A DNA stretch of 64,000 nucleotides, from assembly GCA_963812155.1 (NCBI GenBank), contig CAWETW010000001.1, positions 736,001 through 800,000 on the forward strand, written 5' to 3'. Source of the stretch: Vulcanimicrobiota bacterium (lineage in GTDB: Bacteria > Vulcanimicrobiota > Vulcanimicrobiia > Vulcanimicrobiales > Vulcanimicrobiaceae). The notes under the pieces are model-generated. The model searched no databases. It was not told the DNA's origin and saw nothing but the letters and a program-made list of their open reading frames with translations. A program made the translations under genes and the position numbers. This document shows, in pieces, positions 52,609-61,597 of the stretch (position 1 is its first letter; each line of letters opens with the position of its first letter).

Positions 52609-54952
52609 CTAGCGTTGTGGGGTGGCAAACCGGCACCCCACTTCGAACGTGCGTCCGGAGGCATAGTGGTCGCCCTGGGCATTCTGGTAGGTGATTCGGT
52701 AGCGATCGTTCAGAACGTTGTAGACGGAGAGCGTGAGTGCCGTTCCACCGCGCAACCCAATCCCCTTAACGAAGTCGAACGTCGTATGCGGCGGCACTTT
52801 GCACGAGAAGCTTGCCGGCATGCAGTAATCCGACGATAATCCCGAACCGTACTCGGCGTCGATCGCCAGCCAGCCTCCGCGACGGTCGTTGGCGAGCATA
52901 CCGCCGGTTGCGTCCCAGTTCTGGTCGTGATCGGCGGGCGTCCACCCGGCCGGCGCGCCGAAGCACGGCGCCAGCAACTGCGTTTCGCAGCCGGCATTGA
53001 CCGAGCGCACGTGCGTCAACGAAATATAGGCGCGTCCGCCCGCCGTCAACGGCATTTGGAAGTAGGCGCTCTGCACCGAAACGTTGCCGGCGGCGTAGTT
53101 GATGTCTTGGTGCAGGGCGGTGACGCCGACTTGCGTGTCGTCGATGAGGTCGACGGCGTCTTTCTGCATCAGACGGGCGCCGAGATCTCCGCGCCCGACC
53201 GGAAGATGACCGCCGATTTCGAAGACGCTGTCGCGCTGCGGTCGTAAGTCGAACGTCACCGGCGACGGTTGATCGGGAAGGTTCAACAGATGTGCGGCGC
53301 TCGGCGAGACGTTCTCCAAGGAAAACGGCGTAAAGAACCGGCCGAAGTACGCGTACGCCGAAGCCCGATTCCCCCACAGCCGCGTGAGCTTGATGCGCGG
53401 GCTCGTCTGTGCGAAGCCTTCCTGGAACTGCGTCGAGAAGATCGTGAAAAAGTCTTGGCGGATTCCGGCGTCGAGCAGCCAGATCGGCGACATCGCCCAC
53501 GAATCCTGAAGATACGCGCTGCTCGTGTGGCCGGCGTTGGGCGTGTCGTCGACGACGGCGATCGCCGCATCGGGATGCTCCGGCGTCAACACCGGAGCCA
53601 GGAAGTTGTGCGGCTGCAGGGTCACCGCATAGTTCTTGTCGACGAGCGTCACGTCGTAAGACGCGCCGTAACGGATGGTGTGCTTGCGGTCGTCGAGCAG
53701 ATCGTCGAAGTTCACGATCAGGTCGCGCGCCGTTCGGTCGGCATTGAGGCTGTAGGCGCAGGCCGCGACGCTGCCGTTGGAACAGTCGTCCGCGCGATCC
53801 GCCCGCGGCGACGTTGAGATTGTAGCCGTAGGTAAAATCGTTCGGTGCATCGCCGAAATCGCGAATGCGCGATTGCTTGTAACCGAGGCCGTAGCTGAAG
53901 GCGCCGCCGGACGCGAGCGCGTGGTGCACTTGCGCCGCCAGGAACGAATCGCTCTGGGTTTCGTTGTCGTCGGTGACGGCCGGCTCTCCGCCCGCGACGT
54001 CGTTGGGAATCTGGAAGGACTGATAGGAGTGGATGAGCGTGACGTTCGCATAGTCCTTACCGAAGGGAACCGCGTAGCGCAGGAACGCGTTCGTCTGCGA
54101 ACCGTCGTCGTGGACGGCGGTGAAATTGGGAGGGTCGAGGAAGCGATCGCCCTGCGACGCCGCCAGCGCCAGCGAGAGTTGCCCGCTTCCCGCGGGAGCG
54201 TGTACGTTCACGTACGACGTGTAGGCGGCGTACGATCCGGCTTGCGCGTATCCCGAAGCGCCGGCCGATCCGTTCCCGATGCGCGTATTGACGTTGATTA
54301 CGGCCGCAAAGCGCCCGCCGTATTGCGCCGGAAACGCGCCCTCCACGACATCCATGAATGCGATGTCGCTGGGGTCGATCTCGCTGCCGACCTCTCGGTT
54401 GAGTTCTTGAGGGACCGCAACGCCGTCGACGTAGTAGTTGATGTCGCCGTGATCGCCGTTGATGTGCACCACGCCGTTGGCGCCTCGCGCTGCCGCGGGA
54501 AGTTGTAGGAGCGTCTGCGGCAACGATCCCTGGTAGGGCATCCGGTCGAGCATCGTCTGATTGAGCGTCACGTCCGTACCCGAGCCCTTTACCGGCGGCC
54601 GGGAGACGTTCGCGGCCACGCGGCCGACGGTTGTCAGCAGTTCGATCGTCACCGAAGCGCCGCTCGCGGCCAGGTCCACGATCACGAAGCCCTCGCGATC
54701 CTTCGAGCGCGCCGTGAGCCGGTAACTGCCCGGCGGAAGACCGGTAAAGACGAACGCGCCGTGCACGTCGCCCTCTCGCCGCAGCCGCAAGCCGGCTCCT
54801 TCGAGTGTGATTTGAGCTCCGGAAACGGTCCGCCCGAAGCCGTCGACGACGCTTCCCGTGAGGGTCGCCCCTCCGGCGGCTCGCGCCCCGCCATCGAGCA
54901 AGGCGGCCAGAAGCAGGCACGTGAGCGAACATGCGAAACATTTGCAAATCAT
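52609..54952 (-). CDS. TonB-dependent receptor with N-terminal carboxypeptidase regulatory-like domain; +1 frameshift at ~53795; start uncertain
   Basis: LTGSVVD..G..V.GA, GLPPGSY; plug HINGDH...YYVDGV, GAFPAQYGGR; barrel AYLQDSW, DAGIRQD, SPRI, DHDQ, YNVLNDRY. Confidence 0.85.
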
Positions 54953-54962
54953 GATTTGCAAA
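54941..54962. promoter_or_regulatory. Perfect 22-bp AT-rich palindrome TTTGCAAATCATGATTTGCAAA, candidate operator
   Basis: Perfect dyad at the 5' end of the TonB receptor, between divergent genes. Confidence 0.65.
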
Positions 54963-55019
54963 GCGTTCGCACATTACCCGGAGGACTCCCTCTGCCGGTC
55001 GCGGGATTTAGGACACCCC

Positions 55020-56057
55020 ATGTTCGATCTCGACCGCGGTACGATCGTCGTTACCGGCGGCGCCGGCCTGATTGGCAGCGCCGTCGTTTGGGCGCTTAAC
55101 CGCCGAGGGCTAGACGACGTCTTGGTCGTCGACCGGCTGGACCGTACCGAGAAGTGGCGTCATCTCGTCCCGCTCCGCTTCACCGACTACCTCGATGCCG
55201 ACGACTTCGAGCGCCGCATTGCCGAGGGCGATGATTTCGGGAGCATCGGCGCGGTCTTTCATTTGGGCGCCTGCTCGTCGACGACCGAAGACGACAGCGA
55301 TTATCTCATGCGCAACAACTATGAGTACACGCGCAACCTCGCGCATTGGGCGCTAGAATCGGCGGAGCGTTTCATCTACGCATCGTCGGCCGCAACCTAC
55401 GGCGCGCTCGAAGACGACCTCTCCGACGACGCGGAGCTGCGAACGCTGCGGCCGCTCAACATGTACGCCTACTCGAAGCACCTCTTCGACGTGTACGCCC
55501 GGCGCAGCGGGCTCGACCGGCAAATCTGCGGGCTCAAATATTTCAACGTCTTTGGGCCAAACGAAGACCACAAAGGCGACATGCGCAGCGTCGTTAGCAA
55601 GGCTTGCGAACAAATCCGCGACACCGGCAGCGTGAAACTCTTCAAAAGCTATCGTCCGGACTTTCGCGACGGCGAGCAACGCCGCGATTTCATCTACGTC
55701 AAGGACGCCGCCGAGATGACGCTGCATCTCGCGCAGTCCGGCGAGGGCGGTTTGTTCAACGTGGGCTCCGGCCGCGCGCAGACGTGGCTCGAACTCGTGC
55801 GCCCCATCTTCCGCGCGCTCGACCTGCCCGAGCGCATCGAGTTTATCGAGATGCCCGAGCGGCTGCGCGGAAAATACCAGTACTCCACCTGCGCGCGCAT
55901 GCAGCGCACGCACGCAACGGGCTATGCGCAAGCGGCGACGCCGCTGGGCGACGCGGTCGCCGATTACGTCGCAAACTATTTGGTTCCAGGCAAAGCGCTC
56001 GATCCGGCCGACCCGCCGGTCGCGCGCGAAACACTCGTCAACACTCCGTCTTTATAA
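55020..56057 (+). CDS. rfaD: ADP-L-glycero-D-manno-heptose 6-epimerase
   Basis: VTGGAGLIGS, FHLGACSSTTE, YASSAATYG, PLNMYAYSK, YFNVFGPNE.HKG.M.S, KYQ. Confidence 0.93.
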   Translation: MFDLDRGTIVVTGGAGLIGSAVVWALNRRGLDDVLVVDRLDRTEKWRHLVPLRFTDYLDADDFERRIAEGDDFGSIGAVFHLGACSSTTEDDSDYLMRNNYEYTRNLAHWALESAERFIYASSAATYGALEDDLSDDAELRTLRPLNMYAYSKHLFDVYARRSGLDRQICGLKYFNVFGPNEDHKGDMRSVVSKACEQIRDTGSVKLFKSYRPDFRDGEQRRDFIYVKDAAEMTLHLAQSGEGGLFNVGSGRAQTWLELVRPIFRALDLPERIEFIEMPERLRGKYQYSTCARMQRTHATGYAQAATPLGDAVADYVANYLVPGKALDPADPPVARETLVNTPSL

Positions 56058-56066
56058 AGAGGTTCG

Positions 56067-56807
56067 ATGCCGACACCGCAACAGACTCGCGCCGAACGGC
56101 GCCGCCACGCCCGCGGGGGCAACGCTCCGCCGCCGCGCCGCGACCCCATGATGCCGATCTACATCGGCGTTGCGGTGTTGATCCTGTTGGTCATCGCGAT
56201 CTTCGGCGGCATGCGGTTCGAGCAATCGTTGGCGCTCAAAGCCGCCTATGCGACGCCGTCGCCCGGCCCCAATGCGAGTCAAAAACCGGTCGCGTTGATC
56301 GACGGTCAGGCGGTCGGGGCGTCGCACTTCACAACCGGCAACACTCCGCGCGGGGGCACCGGACAAAACGTCGACGGCATCACCTGTCTCTCAGAGGAGG
56401 GCCAGGCGCTGCACATTCACTCGCATCTGGCCCTGTACGATGACGGCAAGCAGATTCAAGTCCCGCGGTTGATCGGATTTTCGGCGAGTCAGGCGCTGCC
56501 GGGCGGCGGATGCCTCTATTGGCTACACACGCACGACACGAGCGGCATCATTCACGTGGAAACGCCCGACGTGCAGGCGCCGGGTGGCGGGCCGTATACG
56601 CTGGGCATGCTGTTCGACATCTGGGGTCAGCCGCTCGCGCGTGACGGCATCGCCGGTTTGCGCGGACCGGTCACCGCCTACGTCAACGGCGCGCGGTACG
56701 ATGGCGATCTCAAGGCGATTCCGCTCTTGTCGCATCAGCAGATTACCCTCGAGGTCGGTACGCCCGTGGTTCCGCCTGCGAACTACGCGTTTCCGCCGAA
56801 CGACTGA
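56067..56807 (+). CDS. Membrane-anchored hypothetical protein with a His-rich putative metal site
   Basis: N-terminal TM helix; HIHSHL, CLYWLHTHDTSGIIHVE, YTLG..FDIWGQ. Confidence 0.7.
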   Translation: MPTPQQTRAERRRHARGGNAPPPRRDPMMPIYIGVAVLILLVIAIFGGMRFEQSLALKAAYATPSPGPNASQKPVALIDGQAVGASHFTTGNTPRGGTGQNVDGITCLSEEGQALHIHSHLALYDDGKQIQVPRLIGFSASQALPGGGCLYWLHTHDTSGIIHVETPDVQAPGGGPYTLGMLFDIWGQPLARDGIAGLRGPVTAYVNGARYDGDLKAIPLLSHQQITLEVGTPVVPPANYAFPPND

Positions 56808-56809
56808 TT

Positions 56810-57379
56810 CTAGCGCAGCACCTTTTTCAACGCGCCGTCGAGCTCGGCGTACGACAGCTCGCCGGAACCGAGATACGATACGACCTTGTTTTTTCCGACG
56901 ATCGCGATCGTCGGAAAGCCGCCTTGCAGGTAACTGTTGGCGACGCCGAGCGAGGCATCGTATGCAACGGGATACCGCACGTTAAACCGCTGCACCCACA
57001 TGAGAAGGTCGGCTTGCGACGCGGGCGAGGTACCGTCGATCGCCGTGTCGCTGCCGGAGACGCCGAGAAAATCGACCTGCGCGCGATGTTTTTGATAGAG
57101 GCGGTCGATGACGGCGGTCTCGCGCTGGCAATGCGGACACCAGGTCGCAAAGACCTCGAGAAACAGCGGCTTCTCGGAGTTCTTTAACACGAAGAGTCCG
57201 TTCGTGGTCGAAACGCTGAAGTCTGGGGCAGGCTGCCCGACTTGCGCTTTGCCCAACACCGGCGCCTGCGACGCCGAGGTGAGCGGGTGGGACGGTCGCA
57301 ACGAATACCAGGCGATCGCCCCAACGGCGATAACCGCGATGACGACGATCGAGAGCACCGCAAGTCCGCGTTGGTTCAT
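56810..57379 (-). CDS. TlpA family disulfide reductase/redoxin
   Basis: VGQPAPDF, FATWCPHC, GFPT. Confidence 0.9.
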   Translation of the reverse strand: MNQRGLAVLSIVVIAVIAVGAIAWYSLRPSHPLTSASQAPVLGKAQVGQPAPDFSVSTTNGLFVLKNSEKPLFLEVFATWCPHCQRETAVIDRLYQKHRAQVDFLGVSGSDTAIDGTSPASQADLLMWVQRFNVRYPVAYDASLGVANSYLQGGFPTIAIVGKNKVVSYLGSGELSYAELDGALKKVLR

Positions 57380-57813
57380 GAAGTTCGAAATCTCCGGTCG
57401 ACGGCGAGCGCACCCGGCGCACGGTAGGCAATAAATGCGCTCGCAAGAGCGAGTAAGAGGTCGAATGCCGCGTGCGGCCAGTCTGCCACGGCTATGTCGC
57501 CCGGGCCGAAGCACCCGCAGTCGGCGTGGATGTGACGCATCACCGCCGACGCAACGACGGCTGCATACACGAGGAATTGCACGCAGGCAATCGTTGCTGC
57601 GAGGCGCGTGAAGACGCCGATAACGAGATAGAGTCCGAGCATGAGTTCGAAAAATGGCAGACCCAGGGCCAACGGTCCCACGACGGCCGCGGGAAGCAGA
57701 CGAAACCCCGCGATCGCCGCCGCGAGCGCAGGCGCGTGACCAACCTTGAGGGCGCCGGCGACCATGAGTAATACGCCGATCACCAGGCGGCAGGCGAAAA
57801 CGGCAGCGTTCAC
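57376..57813 (-). CDS. MauE/DoxX family membrane protein
   Basis: R..IG.L...AG..K, LP..ELMLG, DCGCFG. Confidence 0.88.
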   Translation of the reverse strand: MNAAVFACRLVIGVLLMVAGALKVGHAPALAAAIAGFRLLPAAVVGPLALGLPFFELMLGLYLVIGVFTRLAATIACVQFLVYAAVVASAVMRHIHADCGCFGPGDIAVADWPHAAFDLLLALASAFIAYRAPGALAVDRRFRTS

Positions 57814-57894
57814 GGCGCCTTTCGTTGCGCCGAACCGGGAGCGGCGACCTCTTTCAGAGCGCATCCGCGCCACTCGGGCGTACTATGAGAGAGC

Positions 57895-58455
57895 ATGGAT
57901 CTCCGCATCCGCAACCTCTCCCGGCTGGCGGCGGCCGCCATCGCCGCGATTCTGGCCGCTTGCGCGGCGCCGGGGCCGCGTGCGCCGGGCTTCACGCTGA
58001 CCGACGATAGCGGCCGCCCCTGGGCGCTCGACGGGCAGCGCGGCAATCCCGTCGTGCTGACGTTCGGCTTCACGCACTGCGCTGATACCTGTCCCGAGAC
58101 GCTCGCGAAACTGGCGCGGCTGCGCCGAACGCTGGGAGCCGGCGCCGGCAACGTTCGCATCGCGATGGTCAGCGTCGATCCGCGTCGCGACACGCCGGCC
58201 GTGCTGCACCGCTTCGTCGGGCAGTTCGACGGGCCGGTCGTCGGACTGACCGGCGCGCCGGCCGACGTTGCGACGGTGGAATCCGCCTACCACGTGTGGG
58301 CGCAACGGGTGCCGGGACGCGCTCGCCGCGCCGGCACGTACGACGTCGTCCACTCCGCCATCATCTACTTCATCGATCCGCGCGGAACGATACGCGACAT
58401 CAGCGACGACGGCGCGTCCGATGCGACGTTGGCGCACGCCATGACGCGGCTGTAG
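57895..58455 (+). CDS. SCO family copper chaperone (lipoprotein)
   Basis: LAAC lipobox; FGFTHCADTCP, SVDPRRDTP, VHS..YFID. Confidence 0.9.
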   Translation: MDLRIRNLSRLAAAAIAAILAACAAPGPRAPGFTLTDDSGRPWALDGQRGNPVVLTFGFTHCADTCPETLAKLARLRRTLGAGAGNVRIAMVSVDPRRDTPAVLHRFVGQFDGPVVGLTGAPADVATVESAYHVWAQRVPGRARRAGTYDVVHSAIIYFIDPRGTIRDISDDGASDATLAHAMTRL

Positions 58456-59411
58456 TGGGCGCCCTTCATCTCGTGCTCGCGGCGCTGTTGACCGCCGTTC
58501 CGGTGCACGGCACGACCCTGGCCAGGCTTGCCGGCGGCATCGCGATCGTGCGCACCGACGCGGTGCCGATGATGCTCCCTGCGCAGATTCGGCGCTACCG
58601 CGTCGCGCCTGCGGCCGCCGCGGCGCCCGGCATCGAAGTCGACGCGCTCCTCGACCGGTCGACCCAACCGTGGACTCTGCGCAAAGCCGTCGCCGCGGGA
58701 CCCTTCGTTCCCGGTTTGCCCGAACCGGGACGCGTCATTCCGATCGAACTCGGGAGCCCGCTTCCAAAGGCGACGCTCGTGAATCAAGACGGCCGCATCG
58801 TCGAACTCGACCGCGCATTTGCCGGCAAGACGACGCTCGTCGCATTCGTCTTCACGCGCTGTCCCGACCGGACGCTCTGTCCCGCTATCAGCGGAAAGTT
58901 TGCCTACTTGCAGTCGCGATTGGATCCGCGCCGTTTCGCATTGGTCGAGATCACGCTCGATCCACCCTACGATTCACCGGCGGTGCTGCGCCGTTACGGC
59001 GCCGCCTACGGCGCGAATCCGGCGATCTGGTCGCTGCTCACGGGAACCGGAACGAGCATCAAGCGCGTGCTCGACGAGTTCCGCATCAGTTCGTTGCGAA
59101 TCTCCACCAGCAACTTCTTGCACGACGACAAGCTCTTCATCGTCACCTCCCAAGGGCGCATCGGATACGTCGCACAGACGGCGGCATGGGACCCGCAGGC
59201 GGCGCTCGCGGAGGCACGCTCGATCGCCGGGTTGTCGAGCAATCCCTTCGAGCGCTTCAAACTCTCTCTCATTGCGAGCGTCGTCGCGCTGTGCGGCGGC
59301 AGTCAGTTCGCGGGCATCGTGCTGCTCGAACTCGCCCTATTCGCCATCATCGTGCTGCTCGTCGGCGGCGCGCTTTGGTGGGTGGCGCGCATCCTCTGGG
59401 CTAAGCCGTAA
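58455..59411 (+). CDS. Second SCO family protein with an extra N-terminal domain and a C-terminal TM helix
   Basis: FVFTRCPDRTLCP, ITLDP.YDSP.VL..Y, W.LLTG, LH. Confidence 0.82.
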   Translation: MGALHLVLAALLTAVPVHGTTLARLAGGIAIVRTDAVPMMLPAQIRRYRVAPAAAAAPGIEVDALLDRSTQPWTLRKAVAAGPFVPGLPEPGRVIPIELGSPLPKATLVNQDGRIVELDRAFAGKTTLVAFVFTRCPDRTLCPAISGKFAYLQSRLDPRRFALVEITLDPPYDSPAVLRRYGAAYGANPAIWSLLTGTGTSIKRVLDEFRISSLRISTSNFLHDDKLFIVTSQGRIGYVAQTAAWDPQAALAEARSIAGLSSNPFERFKLSLIASVVALCGGSQFAGIVLLELALFAIIVLLVGGALWWVARILWAKP

Positions 59412-59457
59412 CGGGAAGGGCCGCTCGCCTAGGTAGCGATAAGAAGCAGGGAGGCTC

Positions 59458-60027
59458 ATGGCAGCACCCCGCAAGCCGGTCGAACCCGGAACTCCCGAGC
59501 AGGCCGAATTCTTGGAGCGTGCCGTCGAGCAGTACGGCAAGGCCGCGTACAACTACGCCTTGCGCCTCACGAGCAACGACGCCGACGCCCGCGACTTGAC
59601 TCAAGAGGCGTTCCTCCGCGTCTACCGCGCGTGGCGAAGCTTTAAGCCCGGGACGTCCTTCCTTTCGTGGATTTATCGCATCGTCACTAATTTGCATCGC
59701 GACGAACTTCGGCGCCAAAAAGGACGTTATCTGGTAGAGATTCCGGAGGACAACGAGCCGAGAGGCTCCGGCGCCGACCGCCAGCTGGCCGAGAATCCGA
59801 TCGACGACCTCGTCGAAGGATATCTCAGCGAACCGGTTTCGCAGGCGCTGGGCGCGCTCTCTTCGGAGCAACGCCAGATCGTCGTACTGGCCGATATCGA
59901 GGAGTGCAGTTATGCGGAGATTGCGGGAATCGTTGGTTGTTCGGTCGGCACGGTCCGCTCGCGGCTTCACCGCGCGCGCGGCCAACTTCGTAAACTCGTC
60001 ACCCGGAACGTGAAACCGTCGCTATGA
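59458..60027 (+). CDS. ECF RNA polymerase sigma factor (RpoE-like)
   Basis: DARDLTQEAFLRVY, F.SWIYRIVTN, SYAEIA...VGTVRSRLHRAR. Confidence 0.93.
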   Translation: MAAPRKPVEPGTPEQAEFLERAVEQYGKAAYNYALRLTSNDADARDLTQEAFLRVYRAWRSFKPGTSFLSWIYRIVTNLHRDELRRQKGRYLVEIPEDNEPRGSGADRQLAENPIDDLVEGYLSEPVSQALGALSSEQRQIVVLADIEECSYAEIAGIVGCSVGTVRSRLHRARGQLRKLVTRNVKPSL

Positions 60028-60503
60028 ATACCTCACACCTTTCTCCCGATCGCCTCGTCGACTACACGCGCGGAGAGCTCTCCGAGCGCGAGGACGCCGA
60101 CGTCCACGCTCACCTCGCAGAATGCAACGACTGCGCGCGCGCGCACGAGTCGGAGCGGCGCTTAGTCGATTTGCTCAAGGCGCACGGCCGAGCCGAGGAG
60201 CGCGAACTTCCGCCGGGCCTTACAACGGCGATTCGCGCGCGCGCGGCAGACGATCGCGCCTACCGTCCGCGCTGGTCGTGGCACCGGTTGCCGGCGTCGT
60301 TCGGCGCGTTCGCGGCCGCCGGCATCGCCGCCGTCCTTGCGGTCGCGTTTATTCTCTCCTTTACCATTCCTCGTTCGGCGCCGAGCAACGGCGCCGTCGA
60401 CGCGTCTGCCTACATGGCCAATCACGCCGCGCTTGCGAGCACGATGCCGTTCGAGGACGGCACGAACGCGCCGGTAATGCTGACCTCCGACGAGGGCCGA
60501 TGA
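60024..60503 (+). CDS. Anti-sigma factor with zf-HC2 motif
   Basis: HLAECNDC followed by a TM helix; ATGA overlap with the sigma gene. Confidence 0.9.
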   Translation: MNTSHLSPDRLVDYTRGELSEREDADVHAHLAECNDCARAHESERRLVDLLKAHGRAEERELPPGLTTAIRARAADDRAYRPRWSWHRLPASFGAFAAAGIAAVLAVAFILSFTIPRSAPSNGAVDASAYMANHAALASTMPFEDGTNAPVMLTSDEGR

Positions 60504-61525
60504 CGCGGCTGAAGATTGCTGCAGCCGTCGCGGCAATGGCGGCGAGCCTTTCGCTGGCGAGTGCGGCTCCGTCCGAGGAGCCCGCCGACGGTTTGGTCTT
60601 CGATGCGATGACGGCGCCTCAGAACGTGTCGTACGCCGGGACCGTCGAAGTCGTCAGCATCGGGAATCAAACCTCGCAGGTGTGGGTCTACCGCATCGAA
60701 CACCGCGCGCCGGATCTCACCGAACGCACGTACTTGTCGCCGCCGCGTCTGCACGGCGACGAAATCGTCACGCGCGGAGGTCAGAGCGACTTCGTCGACG
60801 TGCGCAAGCATCGCGTCGTCGCCACGCAAAACGCGGCCGCCGGCGACCAAATCGCGCGCGACGACAACTATCTCCTGATGCGCGCCAACTACCGGGCCGT
60901 CAAGCGGACCGTCGAAGCGTTCGACGGACGCCTCGTGCACGACGTCGCGCTCGTCAACAAATATACGAACCGCGTGACGATGCTCGTTCGCGTCGACGAT
61001 CGGACGAAGCTCGTGCTCGATAAACAGGAGTTCGCGGCCGACGGTTCGCTGGTCAGCGAGATGCGCTTCGAAGAAGTCCGCATCGCGCCGAGCCTTCCGG
61101 ACGCCGATTTCGACCTTCCCCACGGATACGCCACGGTGAAGGAGCCGGCGTTCGCAGTGCCCTCGAAGGATGTCGCCGGCGTCGTCCGCAGCGCCGGATT
61201 CGCTGCGCGCGTGCCGTCGTTTCTTCCCGACGGTTTCTCGTCGGTCGACGGCCATGTCGTGGAAATGAAGCACGTCCCTACGCTGCACGTCCTGTTCTCC
61301 GACGGCATCCGCACCGTCTCGCTCTTCGAAAGCGCCGGCGATGCATCGCTCGACATGCAGTCGCTGCATCCGCGCTCGCTTTCGCTGGGGGGCCGGCAGG
61401 CGCGTTACGCGGAGCAGGGCCCCGACGCGCTGCTCGCCTGGAGCGACGGATCGCTGCATTTCGCGCTGCTCGGCAATCTGTCGCTCGAAGAACTCAAACG
61501 TATCGCTGCGTCCCTCGAACCGTAA
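60500..61525 (+). CDS. MucB/RseB-like periplasmic sigma-E regulator
   Basis: Signal peptide; LolA-like N-domain (NY...VD..T.L.L), C-domain LP.GF...FSDGIRTVSLFE; operon context. Confidence 0.8.
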   Translation: MTRLKIAAAVAAMAASLSLASAAPSEEPADGLVFDAMTAPQNVSYAGTVEVVSIGNQTSQVWVYRIEHRAPDLTERTYLSPPRLHGDEIVTRGGQSDFVDVRKHRVVATQNAAAGDQIARDDNYLLMRANYRAVKRTVEAFDGRLVHDVALVNKYTNRVTMLVRVDDRTKLVLDKQEFAADGSLVSEMRFEEVRIAPSLPDADFDLPHGYATVKEPAFAVPSKDVAGVVRSAGFAARVPSFLPDGFSSVDGHVVEMKHVPTLHVLFSDGIRTVSLFESAGDASLDMQSLHPRSLSLGGRQARYAEQGPDALLAWSDGSLHFALLGNLSLEELKRIAASLEP

Positions 61526-61544
61526 AACCCACCCAAATACAAAT

Positions 61545-61580
61545 AAAGAGGCCTCCGCAATGCGGAGGCCTCTCTTCGTT
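61545..61580. terminator. Bidirectional intrinsic terminator
   Basis: AGAGGCCTCCGCA-A-TGCGGAGGCCTCT with an A-rich left flank and a T-rich right flank, between convergent genes. Confidence 0.85.
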
Positions 61581-61597
61581 CTACGGACGTTGGTTGA

